Source: Elusimicrobiota bacterium
GTDB lineage: Bacteria; Elusimicrobiota; Elusimicrobia; UBA1565; JACRDR01
Direction of reading: 5' to 3'
Length of the DNA stretch: 64,000 bases
NCBI GenBank assembly: GCA_041694815.1
Contig: JBGFSC010000047.1
Span: 1 to 64,000, forward strand
Under the pieces are notes generated by a model. It ran no database searches and was not told the origin of the DNA. It saw nothing but the letters and a program-made list of their open reading frames with translations. Within the stretch, counting starts at the first letter, position 1. Every line of letters starts with the position of its first letter. Positions 37,095 through 47,149 of this stretch are shown piece by piece. The translations under genes were made by a program, and so were the position numbers.

Positions 37095-38459
37095 CTATTT
37101 AAGCGGCTGAAGCTCTTTTGAGGAGCGCGCTTCGGGCTTGGAGGCACGACCCAGCAGCCGCTCGGCGCAGCGCTTGCCGTCCAAAATGGTCTCTTCCATG
37201 AAGGAATACTTCCAGGCGCCGTATCTGCCGATGGATTCTATCTCGCGCTTGTTCAAGAAATTAAAGATGGCGCGCACCGCCGGAGTGCGGTCGAAGTCGT
37301 AGACGACGTAGGCGCAGGGGATTGGGAGCCACAGAGCGGTCAGCAGCTTGTCGGAGGACTTGAGCAGCCCGCAGGATCGCAGCCCGGCCAATATCTGGTT
37401 CTCGAGGCGCTTGAGCTCGACCTTCTCGCCGGGCCTGCGCGAGACCTCGATGTACATCGAACTGCTGCCCCGCGGGGCCACTTTTGGGGAGAAATTGCTG
37501 CAGAACCCGGCCCGGTAGAACGGGAAACGGTTTTCCGGGAAGTAAATCCAATGCTTATCCGACATGCCGGGCCGGGCAACGCCGATATTCCAATTGTAAA
37601 CGGAAACGTAGCGCAGCCGGCCCCGTGCACGACGAACGGCTTCGGGCAAAGGCGAAGCAAGGTCCAAAAAATGTGCCAACGGCAGGGTGTTGACCAGGCG
37701 CTCGTAACGGACCTCGCCGATGCCATCGATCTCGGCGACCCGCTCGGCCAGATGCACCCGCCGGACGGCGCAGCCGACCCGGACATGGCCCAGGCCGGAG
37801 GCCAGGGCGTCGGCGAGCGACTGGCTGCCCCCGCGGATCGGGTAGCGGAAGGTGGCGTTATAGCCGAAGTATTTCTTTTGGTCGAACAACGCGCCGTAGA
37901 GCACCTCCTCGACCGACGGTTTGGGGACGAAGCGTCCCTGCCATTCCGTCGTCAGCCGGGATAAGGGCGCGCGCCAGAGCTTCTCGTTATAGGGGAACAT
38001 GAAATGCCGCGAGATCCCTTCCCCGAAGGTCCGTAAGCTCCATTCGCGGAAGGAAAGTCCGGGCACCGCGGGCTGCGGCCGGTGCACGGTTTTGAGAAAT
38101 CCGACCACGCAGTCCTCGACCGTCTTGGGAGGCAACCCGCAGGTGTTGGCCTGGAAGGGATAGCGCGTGAACACTCCTTTGGAATAGATCCAGGAATTGC
38201 GCCGGATCACCGAAAGGTTGCCGCGCAAGAGCCCGGTGATCAATTCTTTTCCGTAGGGGTCGTGCAGGTGCAGCAGGTGCCCCGTATGGTCGAAGGTGAA
38301 GCCGTCCTGCGTGACCGACCCGGCCAGACCGCCGACGCGGGCCTTCTTCTCCGCGATCAACCAGGAAGGCCGCCGCCCTCCTCCGAGCCGCTCAAGATGG
38401 TAGGCCGTCGAGAGGCCGGCCAGGCCGCCGCCCAGGATCAATACGTCCGTGGCGACCAT
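37095..38459 (-). CDS. FAD-dependent enzyme resembling eukaryote-type UDP-galactopyranose mutase
   Basis: GGGLAG; GF.FD..GH; YPFQ.N; FM.PYN.K.W; W.YFPE...PFYRA...SN.SP; GR.G.WKY. Confidence 0.8.
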   Translation of the reverse strand: MVATDVLILGGGLAGLSTAYHLERLGGGRRPSWLIAEKKARVGGLAGSVTQDGFTFDHTGHLLHLHDPYGKELITGLLRGNLSVIRRNSWIYSKGVFTRYPFQANTCGLPPKTVEDCVVGFLKTVHRPQPAVPGLSFREWSLRTFGEGISRHFMFPYNEKLWRAPLSRLTTEWQGRFVPKPSVEEVLYGALFDQKKYFGYNATFRYPIRGGSQSLADALASGLGHVRVGCAVRRVHLAERVAEIDGIGEVRYERLVNTLPLAHFLDLASPLPEAVRRARGRLRYVSVYNWNIGVARPGMSDKHWIYFPENRFPFYRAGFCSNFSPKVAPRGSSSMYIEVSRRPGEKVELKRLENQILAGLRSCGLLKSSDKLLTALWLPIPCAYVVYDFDRTPAVRAIFNFLNKREIESIGRYGAWKYSFMEETILDGKRCAERLLGRASKPEARSSKELQPLK

Positions 38460-38460
38460 G

Positions 38461-39501
38461 TCAGTGCATGCGCACGACGCCCATGCGCCGGCTCAGCAGC
38501 GCGATCTCGGCTATCAAGAAAGCGTAGATCCAAAGCGCCCACATGGAAGTGACGCGGGTGACGATGAAGCCGCAGACCGACAGCAGGGCGGCCGCCACGG
38601 CCGCCAAGACCACGATCTGCTGGCGAGTGAAGCCCATCGCTTCCAAGCGTAGGGCGAAATGGTCCCGGGATCCCATGAAGGGCGACTGACCCTTGAGCAT
38701 GCGCAGCACCATGACGAAGAACGTGTCGTACATCGGGACCATCAGTATGAAGAGCGGGGCGTACACGCCGAAGGGGTTGACCTTGGTGTAATCGGTGCCC
38801 AGCGAGATCGCGGCCAGGAGGAAGCCGAGCGGCATGCTGCCCGAATCGCCCATGAATATCTTGCGCTTTTCCGATAAGTTCCACGGGAGAAAGCCCAGGG
38901 CCGACCCGGCCACCGCCGCTGAGGCGAAATTGACGTAGATATGCTCGGAGGGCATGGCGATGAGCAAAAATCCCAAGGCGGCGATCGCCGCCTGGCTGGA
39001 GCAAAGCCCGTCCATGATATCGATGATATTGAAGGCGTTGGTGATGCCGACTACCCAGAGTACCGTCAAGGCGATCGCCAGGTAATCCGGTGTGATGAAG
39101 TGTATCCGGATCCCGTAGGACACGAGAACGATCGCGGCGAGCAATTGCCCCGCGAACTTGGTGCCCACGTGGAGACCCTCGGGCTTTTTCCAGTCGTCGA
39201 TGAGGCCGAGCAGGAAGACGATCGCCGAGCCGATGACGAGCGCGCGCAGGCTGTAGAGGGTGCCCGTGGGAAAGGCGGTATAACGCCGCAACAGAAGAAG
39301 GCTCAAGGCGAAGCCGAGCCAGATGGCGACGCCGCCCATCATGGGTGTGGCGATCTTGTGCGTCTTGACGGAGCTCGAGGGGGCGTCCAGCCAGCCGAAG
39401 CGCAGGGCCGCCTGGCGCATCACGGGCGTGGCCAGCATCGACAAAAGCCCCGAGGCGGCGATGGTCCCGATGTAGAGTTGAATCGTTCCCGTTTCTTTCA
39501 A
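38461..39501 (-). CDS. WecA/MraY-family undecaprenyl-phosphate HexNAc-1-phosphate transferase
   Basis: H...TP.MGG, GLIDD, NAFN.ID.MDG, FL.WN, IFMGDSGS, P.YDT. Confidence 0.92.
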   Translation of the reverse strand: MKETGTIQLYIGTIAASGLLSMLATPVMRQAALRFGWLDAPSSSVKTHKIATPMMGGVAIWLGFALSLLLLRRYTAFPTGTLYSLRALVIGSAIVFLLGLIDDWKKPEGLHVGTKFAGQLLAAIVLVSYGIRIHFITPDYLAIALTVLWVVGITNAFNIIDIMDGLCSSQAAIAALGFLLIAMPSEHIYVNFASAAVAGSALGFLPWNLSEKRKIFMGDSGSMPLGFLLAAISLGTDYTKVNPFGVYAPLFILMVPMYDTFFVMVLRMLKGQSPFMGSRDHFALRLEAMGFTRQQIVVLAAVAAALLSVCGFIVTRVTSMWALWIYAFLIAEIALLSRRMGVVRMH

Positions 39502-41498
39502 TCCTTGATCGCCATTAGGGCGCAGGAATCGGACGCGTAAACGGGCTCCAGGAGCCCGGCGCGCTCAAGGCCCTCCCAATTCCTGATCCCCGCCGGGGAA
39601 AACGAGAAGATGCCGTAGCCAGAGAGGCGCCTCCCCTCCCGCGGGACGAGCAGCAGGTGGGTGAATTTTCCCTCGCTTTTGAGCAGCCCCGCGAGCTCCA
39701 CGGGGCTCGATGAGCGGTCGGCCCATTCCACGAAGCGGTTGGGGGCCATGACGGTGGTGGCGACGTGATCCTGCTGGACGTAGTAACCCCGCTGCTCGCC
39801 CACGATGAGGATTCTATCATTTTTGCCCAAACGCTCCCTCGCCCGCAGCGCGCAAGGATAATAGTCCAGGCGTCGCGAGAGGTACTCGTTGCGGCTCTCG
39901 GCGCCGGAGAGCAGCCGCCAGCTCGAGAGCACGGTGTGCACGTAGAAGAAAAAGCCCAGGTTGCAGAGGATAAACAAGGCGAGGGCCGCCGCCAGGAGGG
40001 TCTTGCCTCCGCGCTCAAAGGAGCGCCAGAGCCGGTGGAAGCCAGCCGCCGCCGGCAGGCTCAGCAGCGGCACCAGCACGGTCAAGAAGCGCAGCACCAC
40101 GCCGGTCGAGAACCACACGGCGGCGTGGAAGGCGCAGTAGCCGAGCATGCGGCGCAGGCTGCGGTTGGCGAAGGCGGCCCATGCCGCCAGCGGCGTCAGC
40201 GCGAGGAGCAGCCCCCAGCCGAGATTGCCCAGCACATCGGCTCCACCGCCGAAACGCAGGTTTCCGGTGAAGGCCAGGAAGGGGAACGCGAGCAGGTCCG
40301 AGAAAAACTGGCCATGCCCGTGCCCGTAATCGGTCAGGGCCGAGAAATACCGCTTCGCGTTCTCGGGACCCCAACCGGTCCCACGATAAGGGAAATGCTG
40401 GTAGAGAAACGGAAAGAAGGGGTTGCCGAGGCTCAGCCAATTGCGGATGAGCCAGGGGCTGCCAACCACGGCGGCGCAAAGGCCGAAGCGCAGCGCCGGG
40501 CGCCAGGCGCGGCGGATCACAAGATATAGCCCAATGGCCGCTGGGCATATGCCGACGTAATACTTCGTCCCCACCCCGAGCCCGGCGAAAAGCGCCGAAA
40601 GCAGCAGCCAACCGTCGCGCGAACCCTCGATCTCCCTCCAGCGGCAAAAGCATAGGACGGAGGCCGTAACCCAGAGCATCGCCAGGGTCTCGACGTAGGT
40701 GATCGAAGACAGCAGCATTACCGCCGTGTGGGAGGCGGCGAGCACGCAGGCGAGCAAGGCGGCGTTGATCGGCATCTCGCGTTTGCCCATCTCGAACATC
40801 CACCATAAGGAAAGGGCGGTCGCCAGCCAGCTGAACATCTGCGCCAGGAGGTCGGAGCCGAGCATCAGGGCGAACATGAAGAGCATCTCGCCGTTCTGCG
40901 GGAAATGCCCGAAGAGCACCGGGGGTTGCGCCGTAAGCCCCCCATGGCGCAGGTAATAGGCCGGGAGCTCGAGATGGTAGACCAGCGAGTCGTACTGGTG
41001 CGGCGGCACCCAAGCCGTCCAAAAGGTCAGGCAGAGCAGGGCTGCCAAGAACGCCGTCCACCCCGAGCGCCCTCGCAGCAGGCTGCGGTTGGCGGCCAAG
41101 GACAGCACGACGTCGCGCATCTCGGTGAAGCTCAATACCCAGAGTACGGAGAATAGGAGCACGACGGCCACGGGCTTGAGCGCCCCGGTGGCGGCCAGCA
41201 GCAGCATGCCCTGGCTCAGTATGCCCAGGCCCAACGTGCAGCCGATGAGGGTCCTCTCGGACTCGCTCATATGCGTCGCGACGTACATCTTCAGCGCCAG
41301 GCGCCCCATGCCGGTGCAGGTGAGCACGGTCAGCGCGAGCAGGACGGCGGCCGTCAGCCCCGCGGCGAGAGGCTGGGCGAAATGGCTCCAGCAGAGGTAG
41401 AGGGCCAGCCCCAGCAGCCCCAGCAGGTACGCCCACGCGGCCAGCGAGGGGCTGCCCCCCTCGCGTTCGACGCGCGCGCCTTCGCGGTGCTCAGCCAC
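39498..41498 (-). CDS. Polytopic GT-C (PMT/ArnT-like) glycosyltransferase
   Basis: PP...D.L.YHL..P, G.G.GTKY, PWL.RNW...GNP.FPF, RF; many TM helices. Confidence 0.8.
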   Translation of the reverse strand: MAEHREGARVEREGGSPSLAAWAYLLGLLGLALYLCWSHFAQPLAAGLTAAVLLALTVLTCTGMGRLALKMYVATHMSESERTLIGCTLGLGILSQGMLLLAATGALKPVAVVLLFSVLWVLSFTEMRDVVLSLAANRSLLRGRSGWTAFLAALLCLTFWTAWVPPHQYDSLVYHLELPAYYLRHGGLTAQPPVLFGHFPQNGEMLFMFALMLGSDLLAQMFSWLATALSLWWMFEMGKREMPINAALLACVLAASHTAVMLLSSITYVETLAMLWVTASVLCFCRWREIEGSRDGWLLLSALFAGLGVGTKYYVGICPAAIGLYLVIRRAWRPALRFGLCAAVVGSPWLIRNWLSLGNPFFPFLYQHFPYRGTGWGPENAKRYFSALTDYGHGHGQFFSDLLAFPFLAFTGNLRFGGGADVLGNLGWGLLLALTPLAAWAAFANRSLRRMLGYCAFHAAVWFSTGVVLRFLTVLVPLLSLPAAAGFHRLWRSFERGGKTLLAAALALFILCNLGFFFYVHTVLSSWRLLSGAESRNEYLSRRLDYYPCALRARERLGKNDRILIVGEQRGYYVQQDHVATTVMAPNRFVEWADRSSSPVELAGLLKSEGKFTHLLLVPREGRRLSGYGIFSFSPAGIRNWEGLERAGLLEPVYASDSCALMAIKD

Positions 41499-42234
41499 CG
41501 TTCTTGGGGATGAACAGGGGGCTACGGATGAGCCCCATGCGATGGAGCCGGTACTGCAGCATCACGCCCAGCGAGGAGAGCCCGTAGACCATGCTGCGCC
41601 GGAAATTGATCGAGGAGGCCTCGGGAAAATAGCGCGCGGCGACGGGGATGTCCCCGATGCGGAACTGCAGCGCCGCCGCCTGGTAGAGGAACTGCTGGTC
41701 GAAGACGAAATCGTCGGAATTTAGCTCCCAAGGGATGGTCTCGAGGACCTCGCGGGAATAGGCGCGCAAGCCGGAATGCCATTCTCCAAGGTTCTGCCCG
41801 GTCCAGGAATTCTCGAGCATCGTGAGCCCGCGGTTGGCCAGGTATTTCCACCACGGCATCCCGCCCATGAGCGCCTCGCGACGCGTGCGGATGCGGTTGC
41901 CCAGCACTACGTCGCAGACGTCGTTGGCGATGAGCCCCGTCATATGCGGTGTCAGGCGCGCGTCATATTGGTAGTCCGGATGGATCATCACGACAATGTC
42001 GGCGCCCCGGCGCAAGGCCTCCCGGTAGCAGGTCTTCTGGTTGCCGCCGTAGCCCTTGTTGCTCTCGTGCCGGATGGCCGTCAGCCCCAGGCGGCGCGCC
42101 AGCTCGAAAGTGCCATCCTTGGAGCAGTCGTCGACGAGGATGATCTCGGACACCGAGTCCTTGGGGATGTCGCGGACGGTCTTTTCGAGCGTCTGCTCCG
42201 CGTTGTAGGCGGGCATCACGACGATGGTGTTCAC
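41491..42234 (-). CDS. GT2 (DPM-like) glycosyltransferase
   Basis: [44 protein letters not shown] 42234 preferred because the upstream ORF part is MITE sequence. Confidence 0.9.
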   Translation of the reverse strand: MNTIVVMPAYNAEQTLEKTVRDIPKDSVSEIILVDDCSKDGTFELARRLGLTAIRHESNKGYGGNQKTCYREALRRGADIVVMIHPDYQYDARLTPHMTGLIANDVCDVVLGNRIRTRREALMGGMPWWKYLANRGLTMLENSWTGQNLGEWHSGLRAYSREVLETIPWELNSDDFVFDQQFLYQAAALQFRIGDIPVAARYFPEASSINFRRSMVYGLSSLGVMLQYRLHRMGLIRSPLFIPKNGG

Positions 42235-42236
42235 GA

Positions 42237-42503
42237 GTGCTGCGACCGACATATAATGCCCGCTTTGGACGGGCGATTTTGAGGCGAGGCAAGGAGCGAG
42301 GAGCGCCACGTACCTGGAAGGTACGCAAGCGACGAGCGACGCAGCCGCAGCCCAAAAGCGACCGAATACCGGCCTGAGCCCATCTTTGGCCGGCCGCGTC
42401 GTTGCGCCTCGCTCACAGGCCTACAGGCCTGCTCGCTCGGCGCGCCTAGCGGCCGTCTCAAAGCTAGGCTCCCAAAGCGAGCATTATATGTCGGTCGCAG
42501 CAC
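42237..42503. mobile_element. 267-bp MITE-like element with 32-bp TIRs (1 mismatch)
   Basis: GTGCTGCGACCGACATATAATGCCCGCTTTGG (42237-42268) matches the reverse complement of 42472-42503. Confidence 0.8.
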
Positions 42504-42546
42504 AGTGCGAGTGTACATTATTTTATAGAATCAGGCGGCCCCCTCC

Positions 42547-43449
42547 ATGCCCCGAGACCTCGAATTCGTGCCCCCTGATAATTTGCTCGAGCATTTCCGC
42601 TCCTTCGGCAGGGGATTGGCCGTCACCCGCGGGGTCTACGAGCTGCGCAACCGGCACCAGGCCCAGGACCTGGCCTGGAACCACATGGACCAGATGCATC
42701 GCCCGCTGGTGCACAACACCTATCTGGAGGCCTCGCGCATCGCCCGCGGCAGGAATTTCGCCCTGTCATTGACGAAAATGACCCCCTTTTCTTTGCTCGT
42801 GCCGGTAATGGACGTGCAATTGGGCCCCGACTTATTCTACCAGTCCTTCACGCTGTTTAGCCTCGTGCACGTGCTCTGCCTCAACCGGATGGTTCCCGAG
42901 CCGGATGGGCGCTGCCTGCAGCGCACCGAGTGGTACATCACCTCGCATTGGCTGTTTAAGTTCCTGCACCCCCTCGTCCATCGCCGCTTCAGGAGGCTCG
43001 TCGAGTTCCAGAACGCCCAGGACATCCCGATCCGCGACCGGCGCCAGCAGCTGCGCGAGCGCGGCTATCGCTTCGGCAGCGACGACCCGGATTATCTGAG
43101 CTCCAACAGCCTGGAGCTGGCCGTGCGGCCGCCGCGGCTGGAGGGGACGCACCGCATCGACGTGAGCGCGGTCGGCGCGGCGCTGGAGCAGAAAATGGCG
43201 GGGCCGATCGAGCTCCTGATCCGGCGCTCGGGCGGGACCGTCGAGGTCTGGCCCGGGGTCTGCCCGCATGAGGGAGGGCCGCTGCTCTGCGGCAAGCTGG
43301 AGGCCGGCCGGATCGAATGCCCTTGGCATGGATTGAATTTTTCCGGGGTTTCGCTTACCCCCTCCAAGCCCGACGGCCGGCTCGGCGAGCTGGCACTGAC
43401 GCTCGAAGGCGAGTCGCTGCGCGTGCAGGCGGCATCATCAGCCGGGTGA
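42547..43449 (+). CDS. Rieske [2Fe-2S] oxygenase-like protein with a C-terminal Rieske domain
   Basis: C-terminal CPH-x16-CPWH; N-terminal NHMDQMHRPLVH. Confidence 0.8.
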   Translation: MPRDLEFVPPDNLLEHFRSFGRGLAVTRGVYELRNRHQAQDLAWNHMDQMHRPLVHNTYLEASRIARGRNFALSLTKMTPFSLLVPVMDVQLGPDLFYQSFTLFSLVHVLCLNRMVPEPDGRCLQRTEWYITSHWLFKFLHPLVHRRFRRLVEFQNAQDIPIRDRRQQLRERGYRFGSDDPDYLSSNSLELAVRPPRLEGTHRIDVSAVGAALEQKMAGPIELLIRRSGGTVEVWPGVCPHEGGPLLCGKLEAGRIECPWHGLNFSGVSLTPSKPDGRLGELALTLEGESLRVQAASSAG

Positions 43450-43482
43450 CGCCGGCCAAAGGCATTTGCTAACATTTTAGTA

Positions 43483-44373
43483 GTGAGCGCGCTGGAAATT
43501 AGCGCCATCGTCCCGGCCTACAATGAGCAGGGCGCTGTCGGCCCGGTCGTCTCCGGCCTCTCGGAGCTGTTGCGCAAGCATGCCGCGCGCTTCGAGATCA
43601 TCGCCGTCGACGACGGCTCCACCGACTCCACCGCCGAGGCCGCCGAGAAGGCCGGGGCCGTCGTCCTCCGCCATCCCGTCAACCGCGGCTACGGCCGATC
43701 GCTTCTGACCGGCATCGAAAAAGCCCGCTATGAGTGGATACTCATCATCGACGGGGACGGCAGCTACCCCCCCGAGGAGGCCGAGCGCCTGCTCCCCAAG
43801 GCCCCGGCCTGCGACCTTATCATCGGCAAGCGGGAAGGAAAGTTCTTTTGGGGGAACCCCCTTCAGGCCTTCATGCGCTGGTGCTACCTCGCGATGGCGG
43901 GCTTCGTCACGGGCGAGAGCATCCCGGACGCCAATTCGGGGATGCGGCTCTTTCGAAAAAGCTCCTTGGACCGTTCCATGCCCTTCGTCTGCCTCGGCTA
44001 CTCCTTTACCACCACCATGACGCTCTCCTTCATCGCCGCCGGACGCTTCGTCGCCTATGTTCCCATCCGCTTCGTCGAGCGCCGCGGCCACTCGAAGGTC
44101 AAGCCCCCGCGCGACATCCTACGCACGCTGCAGATCATGACGCAGATGCTGCTCTACTACAACCCACTGAAGCTGGCCGTCAGCCTGTCGGCCGGCTCGG
44201 CGGTGGCTGCGCTCGCCATCTTCCTCTTCCTCAGCCCGCGCTGGGGCATCCATTCCGCCTTCTTTGCCGCCTGCGTGCCGGCCTCCCTCGCCGTGCTGAT
44301 CTTTTTGGCCGGCTGCCTGATGGATGCCGTGCGCATGCATTTTCAGGCGCGCAACGGCGGCTACAAGATTTGA
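43483..44373 (+). CDS. GT2 glycosyltransferase with C-terminal TM helices (polyprenyl-P sugar synthase-like)
   Basis: PAYNE, VDDGSTD.T, N.GYG, IDGDG.Y, D.NSG.R; two C-terminal TM helices. Confidence 0.9.
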   Translation: MSALEISAIVPAYNEQGAVGPVVSGLSELLRKHAARFEIIAVDDGSTDSTAEAAEKAGAVVLRHPVNRGYGRSLLTGIEKARYEWILIIDGDGSYPPEEAERLLPKAPACDLIIGKREGKFFWGNPLQAFMRWCYLAMAGFVTGESIPDANSGMRLFRKSSLDRSMPFVCLGYSFTTTMTLSFIAAGRFVAYVPIRFVERRGHSKVKPPRDILRTLQIMTQMLLYYNPLKLAVSLSAGSAVAALAIFLFLSPRWGIHSAFFAACVPASLAVLIFLAGCLMDAVRMHFQARNGGYKI

Positions 44374-46145
44374 TGCACTGGCCGTTCTACTTACTTGCCT
44401 TGGCGATAGCGGCCTTCTCCCTTTTCCTTTCGCCGGAAACGCTGGCCCGACAGTTCAGCCAGGACTCAAGCCTCGCCGGCTATGTCGTCTTCCGGCTGGG
44501 TGTCGCCCGCGCGCTCGGGGGACTGCTCGCCGTCTTACTGGCCGCTTGGGGATCGCTCGACGCGCAGCGTCGGGTTCTCTGGCGGGCCCGCTGGGCGAGC
44601 TGGAGCCGGCACCCCGCGCTGGCCGCGCCGATACTCGCGGCCGCCGCGGCGCTGCTTTGGACCGAAAACCATATTTTCGAGTCGGAAAGCTGCGCGGAGG
44701 GATTTCTGACCGTCGGGGCGTGGCGCATGGCCGCCGGAGATTTTCCCTACCGCGACTTCTTCGTGTTCATCCCGCCGGCCGGGCTCGCCTATCTCGGGGC
44801 CGCCTTCAAGCTGTTCGGGCCGTCGCTGGAGGTGGGCCGCCTCTTCGTCAACCTGATCCCCAAGCTCCTGATCGTGATCGTGCTCTGGCGGCTGGCCAAG
44901 CCGTATTTCTCGCCCTTGACGGCCCTGCTCCTGGGCTGCTTCAGCCTGATGTACACCAGCGGCAACGGCGACAACGCCCAGATCTACAACGGAGCCCTCT
45001 CGATGCTCCCCGCCTTCGCGACGCTGCCCCTGCTCGACCGGTTCGCCCGAAGCGGGAACGCGGCGCTCCTGCGCTGGGCCGGCGCGGCGGCGGCGGCAGC
45101 CGCGCTCGTGCGACAGGATTTCGGGGCCTTGGCCCTCGGCGCGAACCTCTCCTTCCTGCTGTGGCTTCCCGACGGCCGCAAGATCCGGCCACTGGCGAAT
45201 TACCTGCTCCCGTGGGCCGGGGTCCTGGCCGCGGCCGGCCTGATCCTGCTCCTCACGGTTCCCTTCGACCGGCTCTACGAATGCTTCGTCCGCGCGCCGT
45301 ACGAGTACATGCATTACAGCGGGATCGGGCGCCCCGCCTCCTTCCACGGGATTTATCTCATCCCTTTCGCCGGCGTGGATCTCAAGGCCATCTCCTGGAA
45401 GGCGCTCGCCGCCAACGCCTGGATCTACCAGTCGAAGCTGCTGCTCTGCTACATCGCGATACTAGGCGGATCGTGGTTTTTGCTCCGCCGGAAGGACGAG
45501 GCGCGGCGGCCCTCGGTGGCCCTGCTGGCGCTTTGGTGCATCTTCTTCATGGGCATCGTCTATAAGCAGAGCTCCAATATCTACATCGGGGTGGCCCCCG
45601 CCGCCGTCATTCTGGCGGCGCTGCTCATCCGCCGCCCCTTGCCGGCCCTGCTTTTGGCCGCCCACGGCCTGACCCTTCTCTTCTTCCGGCCCTTCTCGGC
45701 GCCGGAGGGCTCGGTCTGGGCCGAGCTGGCCGTGGGTCGCTTCCGCTTCCCCGACCCGCTGGAGGGCCGAGAGATGATACGGCTCATCACACATGCCCAA
45801 TCCATCGTACAGCCCTCCGAGCCCGTCTACATCCACAACAAGGAGCGCATGTGCAGCGACACGCTGCTCTACTTCCTCGTTTCCCGCCGCCCGGCCACCC
45901 GCTACCACGAGTTCCTTAACGCCTACGCCCGCAAGCCCGAGATCCGCTCGCAGATCGAGGCCGAGCTCGAGAGCCGGCGTGCGCCGGCGGTCATCGAGCG
46001 GCTGCTCCCGCCGGACCTGTCGGAGACGCCGGGGGTAAGCATCGCGCAGGCGAAACAGCGCGACTCCTTGGACCAATACATCCTAGACCATTACCGCAGC
46101 GTCGGACGCTATGGCTCCTATATCCTATGGCAAAGACGGCGCTGA
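44373..46145 (+). CDS. Polytopic GT-C-like membrane protein
   Basis: EG......R...G..PYRDFF...PP, RQD.G, LYFL..R.P..RY; TGATG coupling. Confidence 0.75.
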   Translation: MHWPFYLLALAIAAFSLFLSPETLARQFSQDSSLAGYVVFRLGVARALGGLLAVLLAAWGSLDAQRRVLWRARWASWSRHPALAAPILAAAAALLWTENHIFESESCAEGFLTVGAWRMAAGDFPYRDFFVFIPPAGLAYLGAAFKLFGPSLEVGRLFVNLIPKLLIVIVLWRLAKPYFSPLTALLLGCFSLMYTSGNGDNAQIYNGALSMLPAFATLPLLDRFARSGNAALLRWAGAAAAAAALVRQDFGALALGANLSFLLWLPDGRKIRPLANYLLPWAGVLAAAGLILLLTVPFDRLYECFVRAPYEYMHYSGIGRPASFHGIYLIPFAGVDLKAISWKALAANAWIYQSKLLLCYIAILGGSWFLLRRKDEARRPSVALLALWCIFFMGIVYKQSSNIYIGVAPAAVILAALLIRRPLPALLLAAHGLTLLFFRPFSAPEGSVWAELAVGRFRFPDPLEGREMIRLITHAQSIVQPSEPVYIHNKERMCSDTLLYFLVSRRPATRYHEFLNAYARKPEIRSQIEAELESRRAPAVIERLLPPDLSETPGVSIAQAKQRDSLDQYILDHYRSVGRYGSYILWQRRR

Positions 46146-47149
46146 AGCTCCGCTCGTATTTCTCCGGAAAACGCACGCTCGTTACCGGCGGCACCGGCAT
46201 GATCGGCCGCGCCCTCGTGGCACGGCTCGTCGATGCCGGCGCCAAGGTGCGCATCGCCTCGCTCGACGATCCCTCGCGGGCGCATCCCAAGGCCGAATTC
46301 CTCAAGGCGGACCTGACCCGCTTCGAGGAGTGCCGCCGGGCCTGCAAAGGTATCGAGCTGGTCTTCCATCTGGCCGGCGTCAAAGGCTCGCCCTTAATGA
46401 CCTCTAAGAAACCGGCGAGCTTCTTCGTGCCCACCATCTCCTTCAACACGAACATGATGGAGGCAGCGCGGCAATGCGGCGCCGCTAAATACCTCTACAC
46501 GAGCTCGATCGGGGTCTACGCGCCCGCGCCCGTCTTTCGGGAAGACGACGTCTGGAAGACCTTTCCCTCCGACAACGACAAGTTCGCCGGCTGGGCCAAG
46601 CGCATGGGCGAGCTTCAGGCTGATGCCTACCGGATCGAATATGGCTGGCAGGGGGTCGAGATCGTCCGGCCCGCCAATGTCTACGGCCCCTACGACAATT
46701 TCGACCCGGACAACGCGATGGTGATTCCGTCCTTGATCCGCCGCGCGCTCGATGGCGAGGATCCCCTAACGGTCTGGGGGGACGGCTCGACGGTGCGCGA
46801 CTTCATCCATGCCGAGGACGTCGCCCGCGGCATGATGCTGGTGATGGAGAAAGGGCTAGGCAAACCCGTCAATCTCGGCAGCGGCGAGGGCGTGAGCATC
46901 CGGCGCCTGGTGGAGATCATCGTCTCGCGGCTCAAGCGGAAGCCGCGCGTGGTCTGGGACAGCTCCCGGCCCGCCGGCGACCGCACGCGGCTCATGGACA
47001 TCTCGCGCGCCAAGGCCCTGGGGTTTGAGCCGCGCGTGCCCATAGAGGAGGGCGTCGCGCAGGTCATGGACTGGTACGCCGGCAACCGCAAGGCGGCGCT
47101 CAAGCGCTATAACGTCTTCACGGAGAAGTCGCCCATCCCCGAACATTGA
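46127..47149 (+). CDS. NAD-dependent epimerase/reductase (GDP-sugar epimerase-like extended SDR)
   Basis: VTGGTGMIG, HLA, SS.GVY, RP.NVYGP.DNF, VWGDG...RDFIH. Confidence 0.9.
   Translation: MAKTALKLRSYFSGKRTLVTGGTGMIGRALVARLVDAGAKVRIASLDDPSRAHPKAEFLKADLTRFEECRRACKGIELVFHLAGVKGSPLMTSKKPASFFVPTISFNTNMMEAARQCGAAKYLYTSSIGVYAPAPVFREDDVWKTFPSDNDKFAGWAKRMGELQADAYRIEYGWQGVEIVRPANVYGPYDNFDPDNAMVIPSLIRRALDGEDPLTVWGDGSTVRDFIHAEDVARGMMLVMEKGLGKPVNLGSGEGVSIRRLVEIIVSRLKRKPRVVWDSSRPAGDRTRLMDISRAKALGFEPRVPIEEGVAQVMDWYAGNRKAALKRYNVFTEKSPIPEH

Noticed and set aside
43734..44372. Apparent long N-terminal extensions in the ORF track (43734, 49529, 28391, 29518, 55923, 62282)
   Set aside because: They overlap upstream genes in another frame; stop/start-coupled or SD-supported starts explain the real genes, so no frameshift or fusion is needed
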